DNA of 60,807 bases, taken from NCBI GenBank assembly GCA_000934665.2, contig JYFJ02002225.1, forward strand, positions 1 through 60,807. The letters are read 5' to 3'. The notes under the pieces were generated by a model, which did not search any database, had not been told where the DNA came from, and was given only the letters and a program-made list of their open reading frames with translations. Source of the stretch: Catajapyx aquilonaris. Taxonomy: Eukaryota. The position numbers were made by a program, and so were the translations under genes. Positions 12,089 through 24,400 of this stretch are shown here, in pieces. Numbering within the stretch: position 1 is the stretch's first letter; the number at the start of each line of letters is the position of its first letter.

Positions 12089-15001
12089 TACGTATGTATA
12101 GGCTACTCGCTATCTTAACTTACATATAATTATATAGGAGTACTTATTTTTTAGTAACCCACGGAAATCGGAAGGAATATCGTGCTGGTTATTCCACCAC
12201 CGGTATTCCCTCTCATTTACGTACATGGAAAACAAAAGAAACATCGCAACTAGCAACAAGAGCCATTTCGCCTTACCTAACTCCGAGAGGAAATGCTCAC
12301 ATTTTCTCCACCCTGTGTATAGAGCAAAGCATTCGAATCGGTACCGGTAGTGGTAGATTATACGATGTGAAACACTTGCGCATTTGTTCTATTCAGGCAT
12401 ACAGTCTCATCAGTCATGGCTCACTTTCTTGCTCCCCCTGGACCCTCGTACTGTCCCTGCGCCTAGAAAATGCTACATGCTTCATATCATTTCTTTATTT
12501 TTAAAATTTCCATTTTGTATATTACGTACCACACTTATAAATTGTGTTACTTTTCGTCAAATTTGAGTGATTCTGGAATATACAGCATTTTTTGACAGAG
12601 AGCCATTATGTTACACTTTTAAAAAGTGAAGATGGTATTAGTTAGGCCTACTTGTTAGCTGGTGTAATTAGAAATAATGTATATTCAGATGAAAGTAAGC
12701 CCGTCAAGCTAATGGTCACAAATAAGTAAAAATAATTGAATTATTATTTTTTCGAATTCTCAACATGTCGTCCACCAATGTACAGTACGTCACGTGCCCA
12801 TGTTATTATTATTTTTTATCTGAACTTATTTGTAACCATGTTGACATATAGTCGACCATTCATATCTGGGCAGAGAGTATGGTTGAAGGAGCAACATCTC
12901 GAGAGCAACTAAACATCATGACTGGGACAATACGGTTAGGTTTATCCGAGCACTCATATGTGTACACATCAGCATGTGAATCACTCATCAATCCATAAAG
13001 CTACATTTTGACCCCAGTAAGAAGCAAAACTGCTGCAAAGGTCGGCGGCCCTCCCATTTTCGGCAATCAGAAGTAATCACAAGGTGATGAAAGACTCCAA
13101 ATGCGATGACGGATGCGCCTCTCCAAGTTAAAAGAAGTAAAGGGGAAAAAAAAAGGCCGTAACAGATTGAGGGAGCGCGCCAATAAAGGTCGTCGGACTT
13201 GGTTTTGCCACGCGCGAAAGGAAGGTTATAGTATGAAGCTCTCCTCTGCAGTAGGAGCAGCTTGCTTTCATTCCCAGCGACGAGTGGGAGGCAGCCTCTG
13301 TTGCTTGCTTACCCGATTCACTTCTAGTCCAGCTCTCCTTCAGACCAGATCGAAACACACCCTTCTTCATTCACAGGGCATTTAAAGGTAGGATTGTTCA
13401 CATAATATTGTGCCCAAGTGACCTAGTGTACAACCCCCACCCCTTTGTCACTTATGTAACAAGAATTTATATGGCAGATGCGCATGCGTGAAAATTTTTG
13501 GTGCCACATTTGATTATTGTTAATTTGGGCCACTCGTTATATGAGGAGTTAATGGTGTTTGTCCATAAATGGGCTTAATGGACAGGTAAACTTGCGTGAC
13601 TTGATGGTTGAAAAGTTTAAGCTCTGTTGAATTGATCTGTAGAGATAAAATACGTATATCAAGAGTCTCGAGCACTCTCTTTTCAACGCCCATTCAGAAG
13701 TGTACTGTACGTGAGCCACTCCCTAAAAACCACTTATTTAGTATTCTGGCCGCATTTCGTGAACGTCCCTGAAGGTTGCTTTACAGAACATGTTCGATTT
13801 CTCACGATCTTCCGAAACCCGGAAATAAGCCTTAATTTTAACGGGATTTTCTACTCCACTTTGGGAATCTTACCAGATGTAAGTGACAGCTCTCAGTAAC
13901 AATGAGGAAAGGTGGGAAAATCGATTACCTTTACAAACCTCATTTTGAAGGCTAACATTTATGGTTATAGAGGTGAATAGTGGGCGTGATGACGATTTAT
14001 AAGGCATTTCAATTTTGTGTTAAAACTGAATTACTAAAATAAAACGGCATATTTTTGGAGCCCAGGAATTTCTCTCGGGATATGATAATGTCATTTTGAA
14101 AGCGCATCAGCGATTTTCAATATTTAGTTCGACTCATGCTAAATTCACAACAAGTTCATAAATTATATTCAGTAATGGCGCTCAGGATGGCCTAGTGTAG
14201 CCTTGTAATATTGCTGATAAACTGTGCTCTCAGGGAGCAATGCAGTATTTCGATATCATAATTTTAAAATGTGTTATGATTTGCCATTAATAGTGCTCTC
14301 AAAATAAACATTTTTTGCCAATTTTGTACAGCAGAGATTAAACAGGGTTTATCTCACTGCATCCATTTTTATAGTGCGACAGTAACCGAAGCCATATCCC
14401 AGCAGCCATTTTTTTACTACAAAAACTGCGCATGAGAATGTCACTCTTCAATTCGTTATCTCGCGTTATATTTAAAAGCCTTGAAGACTGGGTGACTCAC
14501 TTAAGGCAGAAGAAAAGAGGTTTAGGGCGAGAGGTAAATAACCCAGGGAAATGGGTTGATCCCAGCAAAGAGCTGCATTGACCTCAAGCAAGACGTGAGT
14601 TTAGATCCACACCGAGTGCGTTTACCTTGGGAGATGTCGTGACAAAGGATCTAAGAAAGGAAGAAAAAGAGACGGTGCAACAGAAGGAATGAAAGAGGAC
14701 AATGAGGGAGACGATTCATCCTGAGAACGCTTACAGTATATCTGTGCTCTAGAGGAATAAAACGATGTGCCTAAGCTCTCTCTCAGATATCGATTTCGGG
14801 AACTTCTCACACAGGTTCGCTCAGGATCATTGATCCAAACCTTCCGCACACCTAACATTTTTTTCCCAGGCACTTTGCCCATATTAAGCCTTGTTCTAAG
14901 TTTACATAATGGTACGTTGAATCAGCACAAGTTTGTTTTTAAGTGTCGCAAATTTATTTATCTTAATAAAATTTAATTTGCAATATTAAATTTTGCAGCA
15001 T

Positions 15002-16411
15002 ATGCAGATGATCTTCAGACTCATTCTATGCTGGATATTTATGTCCCTGCTCCTTCATTTGCCATGGGCATGGCGATCGGACAGAAGTATGATCTGCCAT
15101 TCTGTTATGGTATATACATTACTCTAATGTACTGTCGTGTTTATTATAGGACCCCGTGTGTACGGAGACAGGGTTCCATGGAAGCTAATCGACCCCTCGA
15201 ATAAGCAAGTCATGCGTAAAATTGTTATTCACCATAACTACTTCCGATCAAGAGTTGATCCTCCAGCAGCTGACATGCTTGCGATGGTAAACACCGCAGC
15301 TGCAATGTATTATGCCACAATAACCCCATTTTTATTTTGCCATTACTAGACGTACCACAAGAAGGCAGCAATGGATGCCCAACGGTGGGCAGAGGCATGT
15401 ATGCTTTTGACCCACGACAATGTCACTGGAAGATGGGTCGACTCTTTTGGATCGTGTGGACAAAACATATTTGTTTCAACGCATAAAGTTCCGTGGTCTG
15501 TACACCTTTCTGCTATACATGATCAAGCTGTTTTCGGGATGATAATACATCTGTATTTTTTAGGTTTTTTGCCATCAAAACATGGTTTTTAGAGCGACTG
15601 AACTTCACCTACGGATCGCACAACAATGACCTCTACGTTGTTGGTCATTATACCCAGATGGTCTGGTCAGCAACGCACAAAGTCGGCTGCGGTCTTGCTA
15701 AATGTGACAATGGTCGGGCAAGGCCTTACTACAATTATGTCTGCAATTATTGTCCAATGTGAGTACCCACTTTTTGAACACTTTTCACTGCTGATAACTG
15801 ATGCGATAATTTACTAAACTTTACACCAATTACATTTATACTTTGTGATATCAAGCTGTCGCCCTAAAGAACCGCATTGTTTAGCATCCTGTAGCCTTTT
15901 GTCAACAGATTTCATATATATGTATATTTACAACCGGTCTAAGACCTTGGAAAGTTCATTTACCGCCACCACACCTGCATAAAACTGGTTTCAATAATAC
16001 ATAAACTGATTTACGAGCGGTGCTCTGCGGTCGTGCCTTAAATCCGGAAAAGGAAGGCTGATTTGCAATTCATTAGGGCAAGGCCACTATCCTGCTCCTC
16101 AAGGTGAATCCCTTCAAGATCAAATTCCTAACCTAAATTTGTGGTGCATCTCATTTGGCAGTGGAAACTACATGGAGAGGCTAGGTCGTCCTTACAAAAA
16201 GGGCGCGCCATGCAGCGGCTGTCGAAATGCCTGCAAATACAAGAAGCTATGTTCCAACTCTTGTCCTTATGCTGACCTCTGGGTCAATTGTAAGGAGCTG
16301 AACGTGACCTGGCACGACTGGCTGTGCAATAAGAATTTATCGGACGAAGAAGGCCAACAGCGTCTTGGATACTGCCGTGCCACGTGCAGATGTCATGACA
16401 AAATTATTTGA
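15002..16411 (+). CDS. CAP-superfamily cysteine-rich secretory protein (CRISP-like) with C-terminal Cys-rich hinge and ShKT-like region
   Basis: Exons 15002-15086, 15150-15286, 15350-15495, 15564-15758, 16162-16411, phase-consistent. Hydrophobic signal peptide MIFRLILCWIFMSLLLHLPWA; HNYFRS, CGQNIF, CAP signature GHYTQMVW..THKVGCG, YVCNYCP.GN, then PYKKGAPCSGC...LCSNSCPYADLWVNC...CRATCRC. Confidence 0.9.
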
Positions 16412-18477
16412 AGATGTGTATGTAAAATCAGAATTAGTCCAGCAGCACTTGCGTTTGTGTCATTGACTCATTATTGTATATGCAACGACTTTTCTATATG
16501 TTGACTAAAAGTTAAGTGTAGGGGGTGGACTTTTAACAATGTACATTATGCATTTTACCTGCATTTATAACTGAAAGAGTATTGTAATACACGTAAGTTT
16601 ATGTGTTACAACATTCTGAGTCGTGATCAATTTACTCCTGAAATCTTGGCCTTCGCGTAGATGAATAGTAAGCACCCGGAATAGAGTAGCTGATGAGAAC
16701 TGCACTGATTGTAGCACAAAAAGAGCATTGTTATGATAATTTCTAGTAAGAAAAGTAGCCTTGACTCTCTCTGATCAGAAATGTGAAGGACAATGTCTTG
16801 TGTTATAAGAATCATAAAATCTCTCATCACAGTGCTTGCGCACGTTTATTTTTTTGGGAAAAAGTGACGCAGAATTAACAGACGTGTCAAGAACTAAAAC
16901 CCACCAGAAAAAAACGCATGCAGAAGATTCTTTTCAATTTACATGTCGTCTATGCCAAGAGCACTTTATATAGGCTAATATTCTAGCACTATGCACACGT
17001 TAATCAGAATTTTCTAGACTATTTGTAAATGTATTTTGTACCCGCAGTACACATGAAGTGTCTTGTATATGAGAAAAGATAAAGATTTCCTGACCTCTAC
17101 CAATGTCATAAGACAGTCATGAATATTGTTCTTTATTTCGGAATGTATACTCAAAATTATGTAAACAGGGAAGTTTAACTGGCCTGCAACTGATTAACGA
17201 GATACAGTACGAGCATTCGTACAGGCATGAGACCACCCACATGCTGATTCTATTTTCCTGCTTATTCTGAGTTGTTTTTCAGTCTTGTTTACTCTAGTGT
17301 ACACGTAACGCTGCAGAAGTACAGTGCACTGTGTGACACTCACTTACCCAGGCAGCACACTCAAATTTTATCATTCTTGTTTAATTAGCCTTCAGGGTAT
17401 CTACAATGTACAGTATGTAGTGGAAGGCATTATTTCCCTAACAGTTGCTATTGCTGTGCCGAAGTCCTTCGAGCCTTGGAGGACGTATAGGCCCTACCTG
17501 ATTTGTGGAACGAACATGTTGTTTCTATAATGTGTCTCTCATTGGATTTAGCCGGAATTAGGACTACTAAGTTGTAAAATAATATGGCATAATGGCATCA
17601 TTTTATATGGAGGTTTCAGATTTTTCAGCAAAAAATTAAATAGGGCCTACAGTAATACAATGCCTTCACTGAAGTATAGTTCAATGAATAATTGCGGGTG
17701 AAATGTATTTCCAATTTGCGGTGGAGAGGAAATGACGGTATTGCAGCCGGATTAACTAGCATAATCATATAATGCTATGTATATATAGTTACCGGTGCTT
17801 TATAAAGGTTCGGACTCTAAGATCTCTTATAGCACCGCCCCCAAAAACATTCTCCGGCTGAAAAAGAGCCAGCAAAGTTAGTCATTCATTGTTGTTAATA
17901 ATCCTCTCAACAGTTAATTACTATACGGTATAATTATACCGATTTCATTCCATTGTGTTAGTGACAATACACTAGTACAGAATTTGACAATGCACTTTCT
18001 CCAGAATTTATACTTATAGGGTATTATTTTTGCAAATCGAAGTCTCTATCAATGAAAAGGCTACGATATATTATCAGGCATTGTTCGTACTCAAATTAAT
18101 TTGTCGTGTGAAATTGTTAATTAAATCAATGACGTGCAAATCCGTAACCTTTGAACGATTTTTATCTATTAGAAACTGGAAGAGATGAGATGAAGTGGAT
18201 TGGACAAGTCACTGACACAATAGGGCTGTGTAATCTTTGCGGGGGCCATCGATGATCGAAAGCTGGAAAGTAAATGAATATGGCAATAACGTCAAATTTA
18301 CATCTTCATTAAAACGTAATAAAAATGCATATCCCTTTACACCAACACATACAAGTCTAAGACCAGTCAACTACATGTGTATTTTTTGATAATCTGCTAC
18401 AGTATAATAGTGTTAACACTTAACAGGCACTATTGAGATTGGTATCTCTTTACGTACAATATTTACCAACAGGAACC

Positions 18478-21400
18478 TCACAGTTCTGTAGTTTTGACCT
18501 CTCTGACACGACCGTCCCAATACTTGTGCAAGCGCGACTCATACTCCAACGAATCATGCTGAGCCTTGCACTCGCGTGTCTTTTCAAAATTGTACTCTAG
18601 TCCTTGTGGCATCAACCTCTGAAGGCTTCCAAAATAAGCTGCGTTTGGTCCTCCCAGTGGCTGCCTTGATGTGGTCGACGGTCCGGCGTTTTCCAAGTTC
18701 TGAATGCTGCTCTTGCGACCAGAAGACAAAAACGATCTCGCGCTGCCAAAGTACCTGGACAAGAAGGGACCGAAGCGAGACGAAGAGGTTGTTTGGGCGT
18801 CGTCGTCATCGTCATCTTCGTCGTCCACATCGTCATCGCTGCCTAATGTTTTCAGGCTGCTGCTACTAGTGGGTCTGGATGACCCGGAGGAGGTCAAGTG
18901 AGGGAGGGTCAGCCTGTTCTTCCTGTTGCGTTGGAACGCACCGGAGCGGGACAACGTGTCCAGTTCCTTCCGGAAGAGCTTATGAGTATTTTCTTCCAGG
19001 ATGTACTCCCAGCACTTGAACTGCTCTTCGTTGACTTGCGCTAAAGAACTTTGTTCGGACACACTAGGAAAATCTGTGCTACCGTTGCTGAACTGATGGC
19101 TGATGCTAATGTGATTGTTGATTTCCTGCCCAGAAGTCATCCTTTGAATACCAGCTGAAACCGAAAATTAGCTGTTACATTTACGATATTTGATCCAAAG
19201 AGCAGTAAAAATGCATTATGGATTATGAATACTTACCGGTTGCCTTTTCGCTCTTTCTGTACCGATGATTCCTTCTGAACAGTTTGGTGCCAGGCTGTTG
19301 TGGAGGTGGCGCCTCGCTGGCTCCGTCACCACTTTGTCCACTCGGAGATGAACGGTCCAGTTTCGCTTCTTCTGAAGATATGACTTGCTTTATGTTGCTG
19401 GAGAAGCGAGTGGTGCTTCCATTGGAGTTGGACGTGGTGGTGCTGGCTCCTTCTTCGTCGTCTCTGACCCAGGTGCCGTTGCTGGGCTTGTGGTTCTTCC
19501 CGTTCTGAGATTTGTAGCAAGCCTCGTGGTCTACATACCCTCGAACTACCAGAACGCTGATGTTTTGACGGCATCCGTACCCCTGGGCCACATCTTGAAG
19601 TCTCTTGGCCGCCACTGTTGGGTCAGAAGCCTTCCGACATTCCAAAACTGCTTCTTCTGCACTGACATGTTCCCACAAGCTGAAGGCATAAATAAATTAC
19701 ATTTTTCAAAACTAAGTATCGGTGTTTATTTTTAATTAAAGTAAATATCGCCTTGGTGTAAAATGGGCGCAATGTCAATGGAATAAATGGATAGATTACC
19801 TTTTGCTAGCAACTAATATCTCGTCTCCTTCTTCCAAAGTGACTTCCAAAAGTTGGGGATCAGGAAAGTGAGTGACGGATATGGGTTCAACTTTTTGAGC
19901 ATCTTTTTCGTGTTGGTTGTCAACAGACAATGGCTGCTCGTCAAGTTTTCCCATCACGTGCTTGACTTTACCTCCTCGGCTTAACACTGCCTGGACCTCG
20001 CCCAAAATGGTTGCCCTCAGTGAAGTACTGCTCCACCCTTTCTGGTCGCTGTTCATGGTGCATATGTGGCCCAGGAAAGCTGATGGTACTATGTCATTGT
20101 GGCCTTGCTCGCGAACATACCTTTCACAAGAAATTACCATCAGTTATTGGCGAACTGCTAGAATAAAACAGTTACTAACCTGCATGCAGCCAGGATGGTG
20201 TATTTCATATATTCTTTGGTGGCATCTTCAACATACTGCTCCTCTTGAAGAACCTTAGGGATAACTTTGGCAAGAATTTTTGGCACTGAACTGTCATTAC
20301 CTCCGTCAAACATTCCAAAAAGAACTTCTCGTCTGGACGTGCCTAGCAACCGCAGCTGTGAGATGCACAACCTTGAACAGATTTTAAAGATGTATTACTA
20401 TGACGTTTGATTTTTTTAAATTAACTGCTTCAATTGAATTCCTTTATAGAACTATCTTGAAAATTACCTGCAGTCTTTGGCGTTTGGAGTTTCAGAAAAT
20501 CCTACAGACCACTGAAGAGTGGCAGGTGACCTTCGACGATTGGTACCAGAGTGCACACCGTTCTGTAGAGGAGGTGATTTGTTTGGGGATGTCACCGACA
20601 CCAACCGAACTGACCGACTCTGACTGCAGAAAAAAAACGAGCTATTACATCATGTCTCAAAGTACTCTGATAGTATTAGAAAAATAAATTTTGTACCACC
20701 AAACTTGTTGCAACTGTCTCGGATCAACTGGTATTGGAGAATTGCACGACAAATCCAACACTTGTAGGTTGCTTCCAATCATATTTTCCATACTGAGCCT
20801 TGTCAGGTAATTGTGTGACAAGTCCAAGATCTGAAAGACAACATTTACTTTGTAAATAATAATTACACATATCATACGCTCCACATCTGAATGTAATTAC
20901 CCTTAAAGACGGGGCAGAGCCGAAATTAGGGGCGGAGTTCAATTTCCCCGAGTGCAGGCGAAGGATGCGTAGCTTCTTCAAGGAAGATAATTTGGCTGGA
21001 AGTGTTTCCAGTTCGTTGCCCGACAAAACTAACTCTTCCAAGTCGGTCCAAACTTCCACCCAACTAATGAACATTTACGAAAAAAAAATTGTAAGACAAA
21101 TTAGATTGGAATAAAAAAGTTGCATTGCACAATGATGGGTGAATGTGATATGCAGACGAGCAAGTAATGCCATTTTAATTGTTCCGGTTTAAATGTTGCC
21201 CATACCAGTACATAAAAATAAAATGGCATGACCCCAAATAACCCTCCCTTTTCAGGAGTTTAATTATCTGGTCAGTTGACCTCATCTGCAACACCTGTTG
21301 TTCCTATCTCGCTAAGTCAATGGTGCATAACGGCACCCTGAAAAAAATCCGAATGAATTTGTTCCGCTGGATTCACAGTGAGGCCCGGGTAAACGTCATT

Positions 21401-24400
21401 GAGGGACAAAGACCTAGCCTATATAATATCAGAACGACAATGAACGACGGGTCGTCTTTCACTTCCTGCATACCAAGTCCTCTACATTGTGATATCACTA
21501 TTCATAGAAAGTGTTGATTCATCAGGAGTTGTGCTCACCTGTCTTCCAGGGATGTGAGCCGATTGTGAGCAGCATGTAGCAATCTTAATTTCCGACATCT
21601 AGATGCAACATGGAGGGATCTTCCTTCAAGGCGATTGGCACTCAAATAGATTTCTTGCAAACTCATAGAAGCAGCAGTCAAAAGTGGTAGAGTAGACAGC
21701 TGGTTCTTGCTCACATTCAACACTCGCAACCTATACAAGAATTAATCGTGCATACACTATTTCGCAAAATGTGGAAAAGAATTTGGGCGGAATTACTGGC
21801 ATTTTTCATTTATGTCTTAGCAGCGTAGAAACTGCGAGTGAAAACCGGCTGAATTCTCACTTTCGTTTTTTCGTAAACTTAATGGCTGGAAGGCGATTTT
21901 AATTTCCAAGGAAGGCGTGGGAGATGCTCACTCACTGTTAACAAATTGTTTTTTTCCACCTCTTATTGTTGCACGCTTCTTGAAATGTTTCGCGCTGCAC
22001 ATTACAAACGTGCTCTCCCATATTGGAGATAATGACCTGGCCACTCCTCACCTATATTGCTACCACGCAAAAATATACAATGACCCGGAAATGAATTTTT
22101 TTGAACTGCAATCTATTCAAATCTGATGCTAAACCCGTTACACTTTTCAGGCTTAGCGCGACATAACGACATGTATAGAAAGTGCCGGACATTCCAGGGG
22201 GGTGTACGTATGAAAATCTCAAAATAATAATAATAAACGGTGTAAATGACAGGAACTCACGAAACTGCCGAGTTGAACAGTTCCTGCGGAAGTCTTTGCA
22301 TTTGGTTGCAAGGCAGGATCAAGTCTCTGAGCTTGGGAAGTGCAATCGGAGGCATTCCCACCAGTTGGTTGTGGCCCATTCGAAGGGCCTGCAGGCATGG
22401 TGCAGAAGACCGGAGGATGCGCTCCGGGACTGAAGATAGCTCATTGCTGGTTAAGAATAAGACGGAATAGTGATAATAGTAACAGAGGATGTGGTGAATG
22501 CATTATTAAAACAATAAAGAGGCTTTGAAGTCACTTATGACACTTACTTAGAGAGTTCGAGTATTTCCAAGTGGTTTGGAGATGGCTCGGCAGATACACT
22601 TTTGAGTCCTAAAAGAGATTAGCATCGTTATGTATTTTTTTTTTTTGCAGAGCGTGCATGCCATCAGTCAACCTTTTGGACAATGGCCACAATATTGCGT
22701 TATTTTGAGAGGCAAAAAATTACGCAGGTTAAACATACAGTAGGAAATCCGCCTTTACTGTCGCATTCACATAATTTGAGTTTCACTATCCTTACACTGT
22801 ATAGGCTATATGTTGTGTCTTCGTAGTATTTACTTCAATAAAATTTTGTGAGTACATTGGGGAAAAAACACTGTTCCTCTTTACCAATGTAACAATACGC
22901 TCTGATGTACACTAAGCACGGCTACATAATGCTGTTTATTCGTCATTTATAGGGATAGTTATTTTCTCAAAATATACCACATTACCGTATTTAGTTCCAA
23001 CTGATCTTAGGATTAACATATTTTAGCAATACTTAACTCTTATTACATGGCTTCTAGACCAGGAATACTCACTTATATGTGACGAGATCTGGTATCATTC
23101 TGCCCTTTTTCTTCCAGTAAAGAGTTGAAGTGGACCCCCCCACCCCCTCCCCACACGAGGGACTCCACTTCATACTCGTACTGCTTCGTACACTTGCAGA
23201 GCAATGTTATACTTGTCCCACATTGCCTAATTACTATACGATACTACTCGTATAATATAAACAAGTTCATTTTTGCTGGAGTATTTTTAGAAAGGTTTGC
23301 GTGCTTCATTATTGCAGCTCTTCAGTCTGTATGCCCATCCAATTAACCTACAATTTTCCCATTATAACTCACAAAAACTTATAGTCTGTGAAATTACTTC
23401 TGAAATTAGGTGTGCAATAGACACTAATTATTTTCAGTTTGATGAATTAGAAATGCAGAGTTGTTTTGTTCCCTTACATTATTTTAGAGCAAAAAACCTC
23501 ATAAATTGGCTCTATACGGTAGGGAACCAGGCCTATACAGCCGTATTGTAGGATTACTCAGTGAGTTTGAATCGGTCTAAATCTCTAACCTACTTCAATA
23601 CGATTGCAAGAGATATTTTGAGCCATTTTGGGCGTCCTTGTACTCTGCACGGTAAACCAACTGTGCCTGTGGCTCATTGAACCGATGGCGTAATCCACCT
23701 GTGATTAGTAGATCATGAAATGCAACCTTGATTCTTTCCGCCCAAACCCTGACCATTACGCAAAATGCAAACTCGTCAACCCTACTGCCGAAAACCTGCA
23801 CAACACTGAATGACCTGCCATACTGTCCCATTTTACTGAGACGCTTCGATGCATTGTCACTATGCCAAATATTTCGCTTTACTAGTGCAATGTCAGCTGA
23901 AAATATTTTTTCTCAGAGCAAGTTGCGGTAAAACTTGTCCAGATGAATAAACTTATAATCCCACTAGGACGCTTCGTCAGATTAGTAGGCCTGACGCAGC
24001 AAAATGTGACAATATGGCAGGTTGAGCGTTACTAGATGCCTGAAAATTCACACTAACTATTGTGGTCAGCTGTCAAAAACTTGAGGTTCTTTCCGTTGAC
24101 TGTCAGTTCCACCAGTTGGTTCCGAGAACACTGCAGCCATTCCAGATTGTCCAGGGCCAACAGGTCAAGCTTCTGTATGTTGTTCTCACAGAGATTCAGG
24201 TGGCTCAGATTCTACAGTGGACAAAAGAGAGAAGGAGCATGTACAGTGTACTGTACAGTGCATGATTTACCGCCGTATGCCAGTAATAAAAGCGAAGGCC
24301 AAACTCGGCCAAATGTGGAAAAAATCTCGACTCCATCTGGGATTATCACGCAAATGACAGTCGTCAGGGATCCCAGAGACCATGGAGGAAGGTTCTTGGC

